Shown here piece after piece: positions 55,380 through 63,696 of a stretch of 64,000 bases of DNA. The position numbers and the translations under genes are program-made. Where the stretch lies: the IMG/VR virus record IMGVR_UViG_3300046522_000748; one strand, 5' to 3'. Each line of letters opens with the position of its first letter. Position 1 is the stretch's first letter. The stretch is from a virus (Duplodnaviria; Heunggongvirae; Uroviricota; Caudoviricetes). Under the pieces are notes generated by a model that did no database searches, had not been told where the DNA came from, and saw only the letters and a list, made by a program, of their open reading frames with translations.

Positions 55380-55733
55380 TTATTCCTCGGCCCCAGGGGT
55401 GAAGTGGTCGCGCAGTGCCGCAAAGGCTTCTTCGCGTGTCATCAGTTTTCCAACGATACTGCTCGCTTCGCGAACAAACTCAACCAGCGTGGTGCTGTGG
55501 TCGCGGATTACCTCCAAATCTTGCAGCGTTTCAACTTCCAGCTTGTTTTGCGTCGCGTTCGGGTAAACCCTGATATCCAAATGCGCTGGTTTGTCGCTCG
55601 TTGGAGGGACAAAATTCATCGCGATGGAACAGCCGAATACTCGCTTCGACTTTGGATCAATGCCAAAGTGAATCGTGCTCGTACCAACACCCATGTAGGT
55701 GATGAGAATCAGGTCTTGATTGATGCCGGTCAT
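55380..55733 (-). CDS. Hypothetical protein
   Basis: ATGA-coupled. Confidence 0.7.
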   Translation of the reverse strand: MTGINQDLILITYMGVGTSTIHFGIDPKSKRVFGCSIAMNFVPPTSDKPAHLDIRVYPNATQNKLEVETLQDLEVIRDHSTTLVEFVREASSIVGKLMTREEAFAALRDHFTPGAEE

Positions 55734-56287
55734 TGCTCGGTGTCCTTAGGGCCAAACATAGCCTCGATTTCTTCATCAACCATGGCTTGCAAGCGCTGAT
55801 TGATGCCCATAACGAGTTCGTCCAGGCGGAAATAGTGATCAGCCTCATCTTCGGGTTCAATCCTGACGATGTTGTTCATCTGACGGCTCAGGCCGTAGAG
55901 CAATGGCTTGAAGACCTTTTCCATCACTGAACGATACCCCCAGTTATGTTTGCCGTTCAGCGGCAGGTTGTAGGCGATGTCATCGTTTTTGAAGGCAAAC
56001 GACAGCTCCACGATGCCGGGCTCTGGTGTTCGAACCACCGTCAGCGTTTGCTGAAAGTACTCGAAGACCACAATGTCAGCTTCTTTGGCGCTGGCAAAGG
56101 CCTCGGAGATGGCTGTGCGGTGCTTGAGCGTGTTCTCAATCTCTTCGCGCTCGTGCTTGATGATCGGTGCCAGCACCTCGCCAGCGAGCCACTGAAAGCG
56201 TTTGGCATCGCTCAGGCCGAACAGGTGCGGAGCGTAAAACCGGAAGGTAATTCGAAAATCCGGTTTTACGGCTGGCTGCATGCTCAT
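55730..56287 (-). CDS. Hypothetical protein
   Basis: ATGA-coupled, GGAGG SD. Confidence 0.7.
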   Translation of the reverse strand: MSMQPAVKPDFRITFRFYAPHLFGLSDAKRFQWLAGEVLAPIIKHEREEIENTLKHRTAISEAFASAKEADIVVFEYFQQTLTVVRTPEPGIVELSFAFKNDDIAYNLPLNGKHNWGYRSVMEKVFKPLLYGLSRQMNNIVRIEPEDEADHYFRLDELVMGINQRLQAMVDEEIEAMFGPKDTEQ

Positions 56288-56880
56288 TGCGCGCCTCCCA
56301 GGAAAGCGAACATGCGCTCTTGGTCGGTCTTTTCAGGCGGGACGGCGTAGCAGTATTCGTTGGTTCGTTCGTGGTAGAACAGGCATGCGTCATCACGCTC
56401 AGTGAGATCCAGCTCGTTGTTGAATGCGACCAACAATTCGCGGTCGGCCTCGGTGGCCGGTTTGATGCAGCCGCGCAGGGCAACGCGAACGTGGGCACAA
56501 ACGCGAAGTTCGGACACCAGCAGTTCATCGAGCTGGGCAGCAATGGCATGAATGGAGGGGTTGGAAAAGTCGATGTGCTCGGCCTTAACCAACAGCTCAA
56601 GCTTATAGCGATCAGCTTCGTCGCAGGCAACCAGTGAGGCGGTTTCGAGTGCGTAGCGAATGACTTCAGCATCTCGCATCAGGTTGTTCTGATACGACAG
56701 ATCAGAGGCATTGACCTCGGCATCTTGAGCTTTCACTTCGCCCAGGATTTTTTCGCAGGCATCGAGCGAGACTTGAATCAGCTCACGCTTGATCCATTCC
56801 AGGCGGCTGGCAATGGAATCGAAATGCGCCATTTCTGGAAGATTCATGAAGATGCCGATTTTGCAGTCGCGCTGAGTCAT
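56284..56880 (-). CDS. Hypothetical protein
   Basis: 198 aa, first gene of a long operon. Confidence 0.7.
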   Translation of the reverse strand: MTQRDCKIGIFMNLPEMAHFDSIASRLEWIKRELIQVSLDACEKILGEVKAQDAEVNASDLSYQNNLMRDAEVIRYALETASLVACDEADRYKLELLVKAEHIDFSNPSIHAIAAQLDELLVSELRVCAHVRVALRGCIKPATEADRELLVAFNNELDLTERDDACLFYHERTNEYCYAVPPEKTDQERMFAFLGGAQ

Positions 56881-56910
56881 GCTTGAGCCATCCTGTTCTG
56901 ATATGGGCTT

Positions 56911-56949
56911 ATTATACCCACGGCCAGAGCAATTGTCAATGTGAATTAC
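56911..56949 (-). promoter_or_regulatory. Sigma70 promoter with one-mismatch operator
   Basis: TTGACA-N17-TATAAT; GTCA-N7-TTAC at 56935-56949. Confidence 0.8.
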
Positions 56950-57005
56950 AGGGCGATAGCAGTCTTGCGGTGGGCAATAATCTCACCGCAAGACTGTGCT
57001 GAGGA

Positions 57006-58016
57006 TTATTTCGGGGTGTATTCGATTGTGATGTGATCGTATACGGTTGTAATGAATCCATCTTCGATGTTGCTGCCGAATGCGCCATGAACCATCAGGA
57101 AGTGCTGACCTGTTGAGACGTTTTGATAGGGGAATTTTGAAACGGAGTCGTGGAAGGAGCGAATCAAGCTACCACGCTTGACGTTATGATAGAGGTCGCA
57201 AATCCAGCCATTGATCTCCAGGTCACCACCAGAGCCTCTGTTTTGCTGTGTGAAGATGTCGAGCCAGAACTCAGTTTGGTCTTGATCATACGACAGCAGA
57301 ATGCCTGCCACTACGCCCCGAGCCTCAGACAGGTATCCTGCCAATGGCGCAATGGCCTGCTTGGAGGCGCCAGAGCCGCGCACGGTTGTGGTGATGTTGT
57401 CGATTGCAGACAGCATTGAGGCCCAGTCATCGCGAGTGCCGCGCAGGTCAATTGCTGGGATACCGCAGCAGAACATCCCGTAATTGTAGTAATGCTTCGC
57501 CATGTCCAGGACGGAGGCGCACATTGCCAAACGGGCTTCGGGGGTTGTGTTCGAAAACTCGGGGAGGAACACTGAAAGATCAACCGGCGCGTTGGCTTTC
57601 AGCAGAGAAATCAGGCCATCAATGTTGATGTCGGTCTCATGATTTTGCAAGACAAGCAGTGTTTCTTTTTTGTCCGAAACGGTAAAAATCGATTTGAATT
57701 GATCGGGGTTCTGTTTGATCAAGGCGACGATGTTGGTCAGGATGACAAACCAAATATCATGGGGATTGACAACGAGGCCGATGTGACGCGAATACGCCTC
57801 GGCAAGGACATTCACGAAGCCGGTCTGAGTTTGCTGATGATCGCGCAAACCACGAACGACAGTACCGTCTGTGTGGGACAGGCCATCCAAGCTGCGGCTC
57901 CAGGCAAAGCTTTCGGAAAATTCTTTGTGCCCATTCTCGCGCTGTTCCTGCCGTTTCTTCTCGTAATACTCGTGAAGTGGCTGGAGCTGGAGTTCATCGT
58001 TGAGGGAAATAAGCAT
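57006..58016 (-). CDS. DUF4419-domain protein
   Basis: GFV....AY..H..LV..P.DIW..IL; FS.TT; CGIP.I.L.GT..DW; INGW; AAGGAAG SD. Confidence 0.8.
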   Translation of the reverse strand: MLISLNDELQLQPLHEYYEKKRQEQRENGHKEFSESFAWSRSLDGLSHTDGTVVRGLRDHQQTQTGFVNVLAEAYSRHIGLVVNPHDIWFVILTNIVALIKQNPDQFKSIFTVSDKKETLLVLQNHETDINIDGLISLLKANAPVDLSVFLPEFSNTTPEARLAMCASVLDMAKHYYNYGMFCCGIPAIDLRGTRDDWASMLSAIDNITTTVRGSGASKQAIAPLAGYLSEARGVVAGILLSYDQDQTEFWLDIFTQQNRGSGGDLEINGWICDLYHNVKRGSLIRSFHDSVSKFPYQNVSTGQHFLMVHGAFGSNIEDGFITTVYDHITIEYTPK

Positions 58017-58314
58017 TAACTGGCTTCCTTTGCGCTTGGGCAATCAGGTTGAGGGGTCTGGCAATGCCTCCAGATGAGGCTTTGCGGGCAAATAGGGGGT
58101 TCCATGACTTGTTCAGCGTCATTCCGGAAGTGGAACCCATACACGACCGGACACACAGGCACTGCGCAAGCTCGACTGGCTGTATTTAGGCACAAATGCC
58201 ATGAATGAACTCGCAAATCGACAACATATAATATCAGACAAATAATAATTGTCAATGCTGGCATGCAAGTCATTCACGTGGTTACTTTTCTGCTGGCTCG
58301 CTGCGGATGCTCGA

Positions 58315-58995
58315 TCAGCCGCGCTCACCCTTCTGAATCACGCAGGCTTTACCCAGCGTATTGAGGAAGGTATCAGCCGGGTCTTTGCGTACCGCGAACT
58401 GAGTCAGGGGAAAATGCTTTTTGTAGTATGCCATGGCGTCATCGAGTGATGCCCAAATCTCACCGAGTACAAGGTGGAAGCCATTGCCAAGGTCTTTTGC
58501 CGTCAACGTCTGGTTGTCATAATTCTTCGCCAGCGTTTTCTGGTGCTCGAAATCATAGCCACCCAAGCGCTTGTAGATGTTTGAGAAGCCGTGGTTGTAG
58601 TTTCCTATTTCCAGGCACATGTCCTCCACCAGCTGACCTATCTCAGCTGCGCATCGCTGTGATTCTATCATCAGTAGGGTCGATGGAACATCCAGAGCAG
58701 GGGAACTGCCATATGCGACTCGATCATACGAATCACGATGAATTTGGCTGATTCGCTGACACACATGCCAGCCGTTAATCAGCGGGTCTGAGGGCGCAGG
58801 TTGAAAAATGCCACGATCTTCTGTATCGAAAGATTTGTACTTCACAGCAATGATCGTCAGGCGTGTCACAGCTTTCCATAGGTGATCCCCAGGCGCTGCA
58901 TAGTCGATATTTTTGGTGCGAATGTCCACGCTGATCATTTTCTTTGATTCGCGAAAATCCCGGTTGAAGCTGAGGTCAAATTTATCGAAATCCAT
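58315..58995 (-). CDS. Hypothetical protein, paralog of 59025..59666
   Basis: Shared GG...EH, LGNG...EIW.SLD...AYY...FP. Confidence 0.75.
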   Translation of the reverse strand: MDFDKFDLSFNRDFRESKKMISVDIRTKNIDYAAPGDHLWKAVTRLTIIAVKYKSFDTEDRGIFQPAPSDPLINGWHVCQRISQIHRDSYDRVAYGSSPALDVPSTLLMIESQRCAAEIGQLVEDMCLEIGNYNHGFSNIYKRLGGYDFEHQKTLAKNYDNQTLTAKDLGNGFHLVLGEIWASLDDAMAYYKKHFPLTQFAVRKDPADTFLNTLGKACVIQKGERG

Positions 58996-59024
58996 GGATC
59001 ACCTGTTTGCATGAAAAGGGGTGG

Positions 59025-59666
59025 TTAAACCGCGAGGCGCTGGCCTTTACGAACGAGATGGCGCCCTTCTGCGCGCAGGTCTTCTACCGAGTATCGGCCA
59101 CTGCCGCTGTCGGGAACGTTGAACGTAATCGTCGGGAAGCGGCTCCGGTAGTAGGCTTGCAGTTCATCAAGCGATTCCCAGATTTCTGCAAAGCAAAAAT
59201 AGTAGCCATTACCGAGTGGCTCAGCATTCAGCCGGATGATACCCAGATCCTGCTTCATGGCTATGTCGTGCTCGTATTGGTGACCACCGATGGCGTCATA
59301 CACGTCCACGAGTTTCACATTGTCTTGCAGCAATTTGACCATGTACTCGGCTGTTTCAAGTGCCAGTTGATAGGCGCCAGCGAGAACCTTGGTCTGAGTG
59401 ATGTTCAGGTCGCGAGGCTCACCCCACAGGTTTTCAATGCGAACAAGGTAGGCCCGCTCGCCAATGATTATGGCCCCTTCTTGCTCGATTGCTGCACGAT
59501 GTTCGTCATCACGGAGTTTGAATTCAATCATGCTGACACTCATGTGCCCTTTCCAGGCAGGCTTTGGGTCGGAGTAATTGACGTTCGGATAAATGATCAT
59601 GGTGATGTCATTCAAGCCGTGGACAAAACTGCGACGAAACGCAAAAGTGAAATCATTCGATGACAT
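59025..59666 (-). CDS. Hypothetical protein, paralog of 58315..58995
   Basis: Shared GG...EH, LGNG...EIW.SLD...AYY...FP with 58315..58995. Confidence 0.75.
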   Translation of the reverse strand: MSSNDFTFAFRRSFVHGLNDITMIIYPNVNYSDPKPAWKGHMSVSMIEFKLRDDEHRAAIEQEGAIIIGERAYLVRIENLWGEPRDLNITQTKVLAGAYQLALETAEYMVKLLQDNVKLVDVYDAIGGHQYEHDIAMKQDLGIIRLNAEPLGNGYYFCFAEIWESLDELQAYYRSRFPTITFNVPDSGSGRYSVEDLRAEGRHLVRKGQRLAV

Positions 59667-59678
59667 GCTGTGCCCTGC

Positions 59679-60128
59679 TCAATGAGTGTAATTGTATTGG
59701 ATGTTCTCTGAGACGATCACGGGCGTCAACACGACATCGGTGATGCGCTCTTCGTGATAGCTGATCGGGCTCGACAACTGAATGATCGTCCCGTCATCGT
59801 CGCCAAACTGAAAGCTGGTAGCCTCTTTGTCGCGCTCGATGCTCGCGGCGGCAGAGCGAGCCATTTGCTCGTTGCGAAAGACCCAGATAATTTCACCGTT
59901 GCCGGTGGCGCAGCCGAACGAGTCGGCCTCGTTGTAAACGATGTGCAGCACCCACACACGATCACCGTAGGCAACTGGCCCGGCAATGTTGAGGGTTTCG
60001 TATTCCACAAGCGGGCGCTTGAGGGAAACGGCCTCGATGTTGAATTTGTACACCGCGCCCCAGTCATATCCTTGAGGGCTGCTCCACGATTTTTCGGTAA
60101 TTTTTTTGAATTTTACGTGAATTTTCAT
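59679..60128 (-). CDS. Hypothetical phage-type protein
   Basis: AGGA SD before MKIHVK; V.Y...DSFG motif; promoter TTGACA-N17-TATAGT at 60245-60273. Confidence 0.7.
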   Translation of the reverse strand: MKIHVKFKKITEKSWSSPQGYDWGAVYKFNIEAVSLKRPLVEYETLNIAGPVAYGDRVWVLHIVYNEADSFGCATGNGEIIWVFRNEQMARSAAASIERDKEATSFQFGDDDGTIIQLSSPISYHEERITDVVLTPVIVSENIQYNYTH

Positions 60129-60514
60129 CGTGCGTCCTGGGCTCAATCCGGTTCGGCAGGCGATTGCCTCCGCTTTCCCTCTAGGCCATTCAGTCGGTAT
60201 CTCTTAGCGCGGATTTTCGCCTAAGCCATTTTTTTGATGTTGTCACTATACTCCCCTCTGTCACGATTGTCAATGCAAAAAACTGTCATTCTGTCTGACT
60301 AGACATTGGTTTTCAAATTTCAACAAACGAAATTGTGTCGCATGCGACATGCGTTTTTTGACCTTTGACTATTCCATTTAGAAAACTATTGCGGTGATTA
60401 AGGCTGCATTATTATAGTCGAAATATAATTATTGTTCTGCCTAATTTACAAATGATAATTTCGTGTAGAATACAATTATTCGTTAATAACAATAAAAATA
60501 AAACGAGACAATCG

Positions 60515-61681
60515 ATGAAGAAATTACACATCGCAATTCTTGCGGGGTTGGCTGCATTTTCTCAGCTTTCCAGTGCGCAACAAAATCACAGGATTTACTT
60601 TCCACTCAGTGAAACAGTACCCGCTAAGAGTAATCCTGGTGAGATTGACCCAGGAGAAACCATTCCTGATGAAAATTATGATCCTGAGGTTTGGCGACAG
60701 ATTGATCCGGTTTATGGTGAATGGGCAAACATTACTACACCAAATTGCTCTTATTGGTATCCATTGACTTCCGATGTGGCAAAAGGCGCAGCATTCAATC
60801 AGGTTTCCTACGATTGCGCCGTTCAACAGAGTCGCACTGTTCAGCGCCGTATATTGAATAACAACACAGCTGAAGTAAAAAACATTGGCGCCGTATTTAA
60901 AGAAACCCAAGCCGCAATTGTATTTGATAGCAGGCCATCAGTTGGCACCGGGGAAGAGTGGTTGCCGTTTGACCCGCTTTATTCCAGCTGGGCCGCGACC
61001 TCGGAGCCTTACGGTTGTGCTTCATGGAGTCCATCCGCCACAAGTGTAACGGTTGCATCGACCTTTACACAAAATTCTGACTCTTGCCTTATCTCGCAGC
61101 AGCGCACTAAAACCAATCAGGAGCAGGAGAGATTTTCTCTAGCTATTCGTACCGCTGGGGCTCCCATTAATGAATCGCAGGTGCTGAACAATCAGTCATC
61201 GACCAGGAGTTATACAGTTAAAGTATCTGATTGGGCTGACAATGGCCAATATTCAGACTGCACTGGGTGGTTGCCGCTGACCTCGACTCAAGCGACTGGA
61301 ACTTTTTTTACGCAAACTCAAACTTGTACTGCCACGCAGGCCAGAACAATTAACGGCTTTATTGGATCGACCCCAGACCCTGAATATAAAACGGTGACGC
61401 AAACCCAATCGGTTCCAAATAAAACAAGAGCGCAGCAGGCTGTAGGCACAATGGCAGAAAAGGTCTGTAAGGGAGACGCTTCCAACTATATGCAGGCGCT
61501 CAACACTTGGAACGGAAAAGTCGGATACACCATCGCTTGGAATGGTGTAAACATTCTTTACACCGAGACTTCAACGCCTACGACTTATACAAAAGATGGG
61601 TATACCTACACCAGAGATTATGCTTTCTACCGTGACTCTACGGTATCGAAATATGTAATATGTCGAGAGGCAGCCCAGTAA
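60515..61681 (+). CDS. Secreted Cys-repeat protein
   Basis: Signal peptide MKKLHIAILAGLAAFSQLSSA; three C..W.P...G..F.Q...C...Q.RT repeats as in 46791..47450. Confidence 0.85.
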   Translation: MKKLHIAILAGLAAFSQLSSAQQNHRIYFPLSETVPAKSNPGEIDPGETIPDENYDPEVWRQIDPVYGEWANITTPNCSYWYPLTSDVAKGAAFNQVSYDCAVQQSRTVQRRILNNNTAEVKNIGAVFKETQAAIVFDSRPSVGTGEEWLPFDPLYSSWAATSEPYGCASWSPSATSVTVASTFTQNSDSCLISQQRTKTNQEQERFSLAIRTAGAPINESQVLNNQSSTRSYTVKVSDWADNGQYSDCTGWLPLTSTQATGTFFTQTQTCTATQARTINGFIGSTPDPEYKTVTQTQSVPNKTRAQQAVGTMAEKVCKGDASNYMQALNTWNGKVGYTIAWNGVNILYTETSTPTTYTKDGYTYTRDYAFYRDSTVSKYVICREAAQ

Positions 61682-61696
61682 CAAGTGTTTTTTACA

Positions 61697-61725
61697 TTGA
61701 CAGTATGTCGATTCTGCGCTATTAT
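61697..61725 (+). promoter_or_regulatory. Sigma70 promoter
   Basis: TTGACA-N17-TATTAT; degenerate operator GTTT-N7-TGAC. Confidence 0.8.
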
Positions 61726-61752
61726 ATCACTTCACTACGGAGATCTTTCATC

Positions 61753-61839
61753 ATGAAAATTGGTAGCCAAGAAGACAAAGTACCGGGCATCGGTGCGGAA
61801 GAAATTGGTTCGCAGGAAAGCGGCGTCGGCGAGGGCTAA
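61753..61839 (+). CDS. Micropeptide, 28 aa (MKIGSQEDKVPGIGAEEIGSQESGVGEG)
   Basis: GGAG SD, directly after the promoter; internal IGSQE repeat. Confidence 0.6.
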   Translation: MKIGSQEDKVPGIGAEEIGSQESGVGEG

Positions 61840-61883
61840 AATCCGCCTGCTTCTCATCAATTCTACTGAACAAGGAGCCTGCC

Positions 61884-61910
61884 ATGAGCGTTGGATTCGG
61901 CGACAGCTAA
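61884..61910 (+). CDS. Micropeptide, 8 aa (MSVGFGDS)
   Basis: AAGGAG SD; stop abuts the terminator. Confidence 0.45.
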   Translation: MSVGFGDS

Positions 61911-61940
61911 AAACAGGGGGCAGTGCCCCCTGTTTCTTTT
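61911..61940. terminator. Bidirectional intrinsic terminator
   Basis: AAACAGGGGGC-AGT-GCCCCCTGTTT-CTTTT. Confidence 0.8.
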
Positions 61941-61942
61941 AC

Positions 61943-62488
61943 TCACTCAGCAGAATGGTCGAGTGCCAGCGCGTAATCTGTCATGTCGTGCGCTGAGATC
62001 GAATAGCCCCCTGATGTCAGATAGTCTCCTGCCACAGCAATCATTGGCTCAGGACTCCAGCTTACGGCGATGTGCAGTTCATCTCCTTCAATTTCCAGAA
62101 GCCTCATCAATTCCTTTGTTAGCATGAGTGCCTGGACGGTTGCCTGCTTTTTGAAGGCTTTGAAATCGGTGGTCAGCGCTTCGTATGCGTCCAGTCCGTA
62201 GTTATTGATGATGGTGCCCGGTTCAATCGCCCATTCGTTGTACACAGTTTCGCCTTGGCGAGTCTTGCCGATGGCCACCGCATTCCTGGCAATCACGTGC
62301 GATTCCAGTATCGTTATGGACGACTCCTTTCGTATGCCCCTTCCCTCCTTCACAAATGTTGTTAGTTCATTGTTAATTTCGGATGTGTTAGGTAATCGCA
62401 ACAATGTTTCGGCTGTTTTCTGATAATGGGGAGCCCTTTCCAGCATCGCTTTGATTGCTGGACGGCCTAAATAATTAATGCAGTTCAC
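61943..62488 (-). CDS. PGDYG-like domain protein
   Basis: Y.K, NEW.I......Y, SW...M.A..GDYL...YSI. Confidence 0.55.
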   Translation of the reverse strand: MNCINYLGRPAIKAMLERAPHYQKTAETLLRLPNTSEINNELTTFVKEGRGIRKESSITILESHVIARNAVAIGKTRQGETVYNEWAIEPGTIINNYGLDAYEALTTDFKAFKKQATVQALMLTKELMRLLEIEGDELHIAVSWSPEPMIAVAGDYLTSGGYSISAHDMTDYALALDHSAE

Positions 62489-62625
62489 GGATCACCTTTT
62501 TATTTTTATTATATAACGAAAAATCCCCGCTCGTGGGCGGGGATTTTTCTGTATCTGATGATGTTACCTCTACCGCAGGAATACAAAAGAATTATCGGCG
62601 GCGATCACATTTAGTTTGTTGCAAA

Positions 62626-62985
62626 TTAATAGTTCTGGGGAAAGATGATAAATTGCACATGTTCAATCAGGTTGCTATCAAGCCCGTGTCGTTTCAGTAC
62701 ATCAATAATTTCCTCTCGGTCTTTCTGGTAAGTCTCATTGAGCTTTAGCTGTTTTGCAATCAGATCTGCCGTCGTAATCAGCTTTCCAAACACCCCGGCT
62801 TCTCCTAGATCTCGAAAGATCACGGTGCCCCATTCCTTACCTTCGTTATCTTCAGTGAACGAAACAAACTCGATTCCGGCAGACCCGCAATCGGTTTCTT
62901 CTTGGTGCCTGATTACCTGCTCGTATTGTTCATCGGTTAAAAGATCGCCATGAAATCCATATCCGAAACGGTTGTAAGATTGCAT
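62626..62985 (-). CDS. Hypothetical protein
   Basis: ORF followed by terminator 62519-62548; start uncertain. Confidence 0.65.
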   Translation of the reverse strand: MQSYNRFGYGFHGDLLTDEQYEQVIRHQEETDCGSAGIEFVSFTEDNEGKEWGTVIFRDLGEAGVFGKLITTADLIAKQLKLNETYQKDREEIIDVLKRHGLDSNLIEHVQFIIFPQNY

Positions 62986-63078
62986 CTGTGCCCCCATTTG
63001 TTGTTGAGAGGGATATATTATCACAGATTCGATGAGCGTTAAACGCTCAGCCCGGCGTTGGCCGGGCTGATTTTTCTT

Positions 63079-63603
63079 TCAGTAAATATTGGCAGGATCG
63101 TTGAGCTGGTACACCTTTTCGATCAGGTGGCTAGACTCTTGAACGATCCGAAATTCGATTGGCCAATCACCATCTTCAAGCAGCTTTTGCTTGGCAAAGT
63201 GCTTCAGATTATTCAGTGTGAAATATTCACAATTCGGAAAGGTCATCAAGTCCTTATAAACACCCGAAAAAAAGCTTTCATCGTCACGGGTCGCGAAATT
63301 CAGCGTTTTTCCGAATGCAGTAACCACCTGAATATAGAAGTACTCACGGTGGCCTTCAAACAGGCTTGGCTCTGAGGCGATCAGGCCGTTGACTCGACCC
63401 AGCATGGCTTCCTCGGTCAAAGCGTCCAGGCGGTCTACCATCTCATAAGCCAGCAGTCGATTGATGCGCCAATCGCTTACGCCCGGCGTGTTCTCGTTGT
63501 GGTGCTCTTCGGTGATGAGACCAACAGCTTTGCCTTTTTCATCGACCACATGAAAAACTCGAACGGCAGGATTGCGGGAGCGAAGGCGTTTGATTTCTAG
63601 CAT
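63079..63603 (-). CDS. Hypothetical protein
   Basis: 174 aa, terminator 63047-63077. Confidence 0.7.
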   Translation of the reverse strand: MLEIKRLRSRNPAVRVFHVVDEKGKAVGLITEEHHNENTPGVSDWRINRLLAYEMVDRLDALTEEAMLGRVNGLIASEPSLFEGHREYFYIQVVTAFGKTLNFATRDDESFFSGVYKDLMTFPNCEYFTLNNLKHFAKQKLLEDGDWPIEFRIVQESSHLIEKVYQLNDPANIY

Positions 63604-63632
63604 GAGTCAGATCCGGATGGGTTTGTGTAGTA

Positions 63633-63671
63633 ATTATGCCAAACCCCTGATGAAATGTCAATGCCACTGAC
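63633..63671 (-). promoter_or_regulatory. Sigma70 promoter with operator
   Basis: TTGACA-N17-CATAAT; operator at 63657-63671. Confidence 0.85.
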
Positions 63672-63696
63672 AATCGGCGGCATTGAATTATTTTGC

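Noticed and set aside
61760-62127. Track ORFs 61760..61996 and 61891..62127
   Set aside because: TTG starts running through a strong terminator into a convergent gene; the micropeptide frames have better SDs.
3875-63671. Recurrent intergenic motif as integron attC sites or IS ends
   Set aside because: No GTTRRRY/RYYYAAC cores, integrase, transposase or target duplications. The motif is fixed relative to -35/-10 boxes.
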